Positions 16,764 through 18,425 of a stretch of DNA of 18,425 bases are shown here, piece by piece. Numbering within the stretch: the stretch's first letter is position 1; each line of letters opens with the position of its first letter. The stretch comes from a virus. The notes under the pieces were generated by a model, which saw only the letters and a program-made list of their open reading frames with translations, did no database searches and was not told the origin of the DNA. Made by a program: the position numbers and the translations under genes. The stretch lies in UHGV virus genome UHGV-2152132; one strand, written 5' to 3'.

Positions 16764-17242
16764 TCATCTGGGATCTCACCCGTTTCAAGAAAATGTATAA
16801 AGCCAGGCTCATCTATGATGATTGTGCCTTTCATCCTGGCTGCCGATACTTTTGATGGGCCTGCATTGTAACCGCAACAGAGCATCTGAAGGCTTTGGGT
16901 TACAGAGGTTCTTACCGTTAATCCTTGTTCATTCGCCTTATCAACCAATCTTTCTTTATCTGCTTTCTTAAATCCGGTGAAACACACATCGAATGTATTT
17001 TTTTTCGGACCAGACTGCTTAGTGAGATGTGAGTAGTTTTCGGGGAGGAATGACGCGCATTCCTGAATGGCTTGTTCTGGTGAATCGTACTGTTTAAGAA
17101 TGCGGTCTTTTCGGAAGGTTTTTATTCGATCGGTGTTCTTACAAATGCCCTGTATATGATTTTCGCTATAACTGATGCTCTGTATTGAGTGAACTCCGAT
17201 ACGACCATTTGCATTGATGTAAACAAAGTGAAGTTCTTCCAT
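16760..17242 (-). CDS. Small WYL-like / BRCT-like two-domain protein; prophage cargo between ogr and ssrA
   Basis: 160-aa ORF, AGAGG RBS 6 nt upstream. N-terminal HFVYINANGRIGVHSIQSISYSENHIQGICKNTDRIKTFRKDRI resembles a WYL domain. C-terminal FDVCFTGFKKADKERLVDKANEQGLTVRTSVTQSLQMLCCGYNAGPSKVSAARMKGTIIIDEPGFIHFLE resembles a BRCT domain. Pattern-based only. Confidence 0.45.
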   Translation of the reverse strand: MEELHFVYINANGRIGVHSIQSISYSENHIQGICKNTDRIKTFRKDRILKQYDSPEQAIQECASFLPENYSHLTKQSGPKKNTFDVCFTGFKKADKERLVDKANEQGLTVRTSVTQSLQMLCCGYNAGPSKVSAARMKGTIIIDEPGFIHFLETGEIPDE

Positions 17243-17320
17243 GTGAAACCTCTTTGCATGATTTCAAGAGGGCGACAGGCAAGATAGACGCAAAAGTCTG
17301 TCGCCATTTTGCCGCCACTA

Positions 17321-17360
17321 CCAAAGAAAAAGGGGCTACGCTTTCACGTAACCCCTTGTT
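17321..17360 (-). terminator. ssrA rho-independent terminator (prophage-supplied side of att)
   Basis: On the minus strand, just 3' of the tmRNA end: hairpin GGGGTTACG / CGTAGCCCC with 6-nt loop (plus-strand 17332-17355, one mismatch), followed by TTTTTCTTT. Confidence 0.65.
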
Positions 17361-17361
17361 T

Positions 17362-17410
17362 TATTTGGTGGAGCTGGCGGGAGTTGAACCCGCGTCCGAA
17401 ATTCCTACAT
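17362..17410 (-). repeat. att core at the intact ssrA 3' end (partner of 5011-5059)
   Basis: 49 bp identical to 5011-5059; covers the last 45 nt of ssrA plus 4 nt downstream. Confidence 0.9.
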
Positions 17411-17728
17411 CCTCGGTACTACATGCTTAGTCAGTCTTTATATTCGCTTGCCAGCTGCGGACGGACACGCCACTAACAAACTAGCCTGATTAAGTTTTAA
17501 CGCTTCAACCCCAGGCAGGGCTTCCACGCGATCTCTTTTGGGTTTGACCTCTCTTGATCCCCGTCCTAAGAGCGGAGGCTAGGGAGAGAGGGCTCTAAGC
17601 AGGTTATTAAGCTGCTAAAGCGTAGTTTTCGTCGTTTGCGACTATTTTTTGCGGCTTTTTACGAGGCCAACCGCCCCTCGGCATGCACCTTGGGTTTCGC
17701 AAATCCCGTCGAATCCAGAATCAGCCCC
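17366..17728 (-). ncRNA. ssrA: tmRNA (transfer-messenger RNA, SsrA)
   Basis: Reverse complement reads GGGGCTGATTCTGGATTCGACGGGATTTGCGAAACCC...GGTTCAACTCCCGCCAGCTCCACCA, 363 nt, matching enterobacterial tmRNA end to end, including the tRNA-like 3' end with CCA. Confidence 0.95.
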
Positions 17729-17742
17729 AATGTGTAAAGGTA

Positions 17743-17748
17743 AGTATA
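17743..17748 (-). promoter_or_regulatory. Candidate -10 hexamer of the ssrA promoter
   Basis: TATACT on the minus strand, about 14 nt upstream of the mature tmRNA 5' end. No convincing -35 identified. Confidence 0.35.
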
Positions 17749-17942
17749 CCAGATTTATGAGCGCCATGACCAGCCTCAATGGCGTTATCGTTAAAGATTT
17801 AGCACCCATGTAGCCTGATTTTTATTCGATTAAGCAATGGGATGGCAACATTTGTGTCGGATGTGATAGCCAATAAGATGTTCATTCGCGCCGCCGGAGA
17901 GGGAGGCGCGGTGAGGAACTGGTCAATAATTGGAGTGCAGGT

Positions 17943-18425
17943 TTAACGGTGGGCGTTTTTCATGATACGTGCTTTATCCACCTGCCATTCGCGCTCTTTG
18001 ATATCTGAACGTTTATCGTGCTGTTTCTTACCTTTGGCGACGCCGATTTTCACTTTGCACCAGGCATTTTTCCAGTACAGGGAGAGCGCCACTACGGTAT
18101 AGCCTTCTCGATTGACGCGACCGTACAATGAGTCCAGTTCGCGCTGGTTGAGAAGTAACTTGCGGGTACGGGTAGGATCGCACACCACATGCGTGGAGGC
18201 CACGGCCATTGGCGTGATGTTAGCGCCAAACAGAAATGCCTCTCCGTCACGCAGAAGGACGTAGCTGTCGCTGATATTGGCTTTTCCTGCGCGCAGGGAT
18301 TTAACTTCCCAGCCTTGCAGGGCAAGTCCCGCTTCGAACTCTTCTTCGATAAAGTATTCGTGACGGGCGCGCTTGTTAAGCGCGATGGTCGCTGAACCAG
18401 GTTTATGTGCTTTTTTCTTCGTCAT
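17943..18425 (-). CDS. smpB: SsrA-binding protein SmpB
   Basis: 160-aa [67 protein letters not shown]..., recognised as enterobacterial SmpB; start codon at the window edge. Upstream of and co-oriented with ssrA. Confidence 0.95.

Larger units (their letters stand above)
5060..17361. mobile_element. Defective P2/186-family (Peduovirus-like) prophage integrated in ssrA
   Basis: Bounded by the 49-bp ssrA-derived repeats. Present: int, CI, apl-like, cII-like, invertase, FI, FII, E/E', T, U, D, ogr, plus two cargo genes at the ends. Absent: replication, portal/capsid/terminase, lysis, baseplate and tail fibre genes. Confidence 0.85.

Noticed and set aside
17271-17305. Inverted repeat GGCGACAG...CTGTCGCC with a 19-nt loop upstream of the WYL/BRCT-like gene
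   Set aside because: Could be a regulatory hairpin or weak terminator, but there is no clear T-tract and it is not interpretable from sequence alone.
1-18425. CRISPR arrays, IS elements or transposase genes
   Set aside because: No regularly spaced short repeats, terminal inverted repeats with a transposase, or DDE-type ORFs were seen. The only recombinases are the two tyrosine integrases, the Gin-type invertase and the large serine recombinase.

Overview
Enterobacterial (E. coli-like) chromosome at the smpB-ssrA locus, with two horizontally acquired elements integrated in tandem into the 3' end of the tmRNA gene. All calls rest on reading the sequence and the supplied ORF translations; no database search was run. 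Right edge: smpB (complete, minus strand) and ssrA/tmRNA (17366-17728, minus strand). A 49-bp segment containing the 3'-terminal 45 nt of ssrA (17362-17410) is repeated exactly at 5011-5059. The two copies bracket a defective P2/186-family prophage (about 5060-17361): RES-like cargo gene, integrase, 186-type CI, Apl/Cox-like, CII-like, Gin/Pin-type invertase, tail sheath FI, tail tube FII, E/E' with a -1 frameshift site, tape measure T, U, D, Ogr, and a WYL-BRCT-like cargo gene. Replication, capsid, lysis, baseplate and fibre genes are absent. Left of the 5011-5059 repeat lies a second island: a P4-type tyrosine integrase followed by a very AT-rich three-gene operon (large serine-recombinase-like protein plus two divergent ParB/Srx-fold proteins) that continues to the window edge. 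That operon sits where P4-like satellites carry variable anti-phage cargo and is the best candidate for an undescribed system. The two prophage cargo genes flanking the att core are secondary candidates. No CRISPR array, rRNA, tRNA or IS element was recognised.
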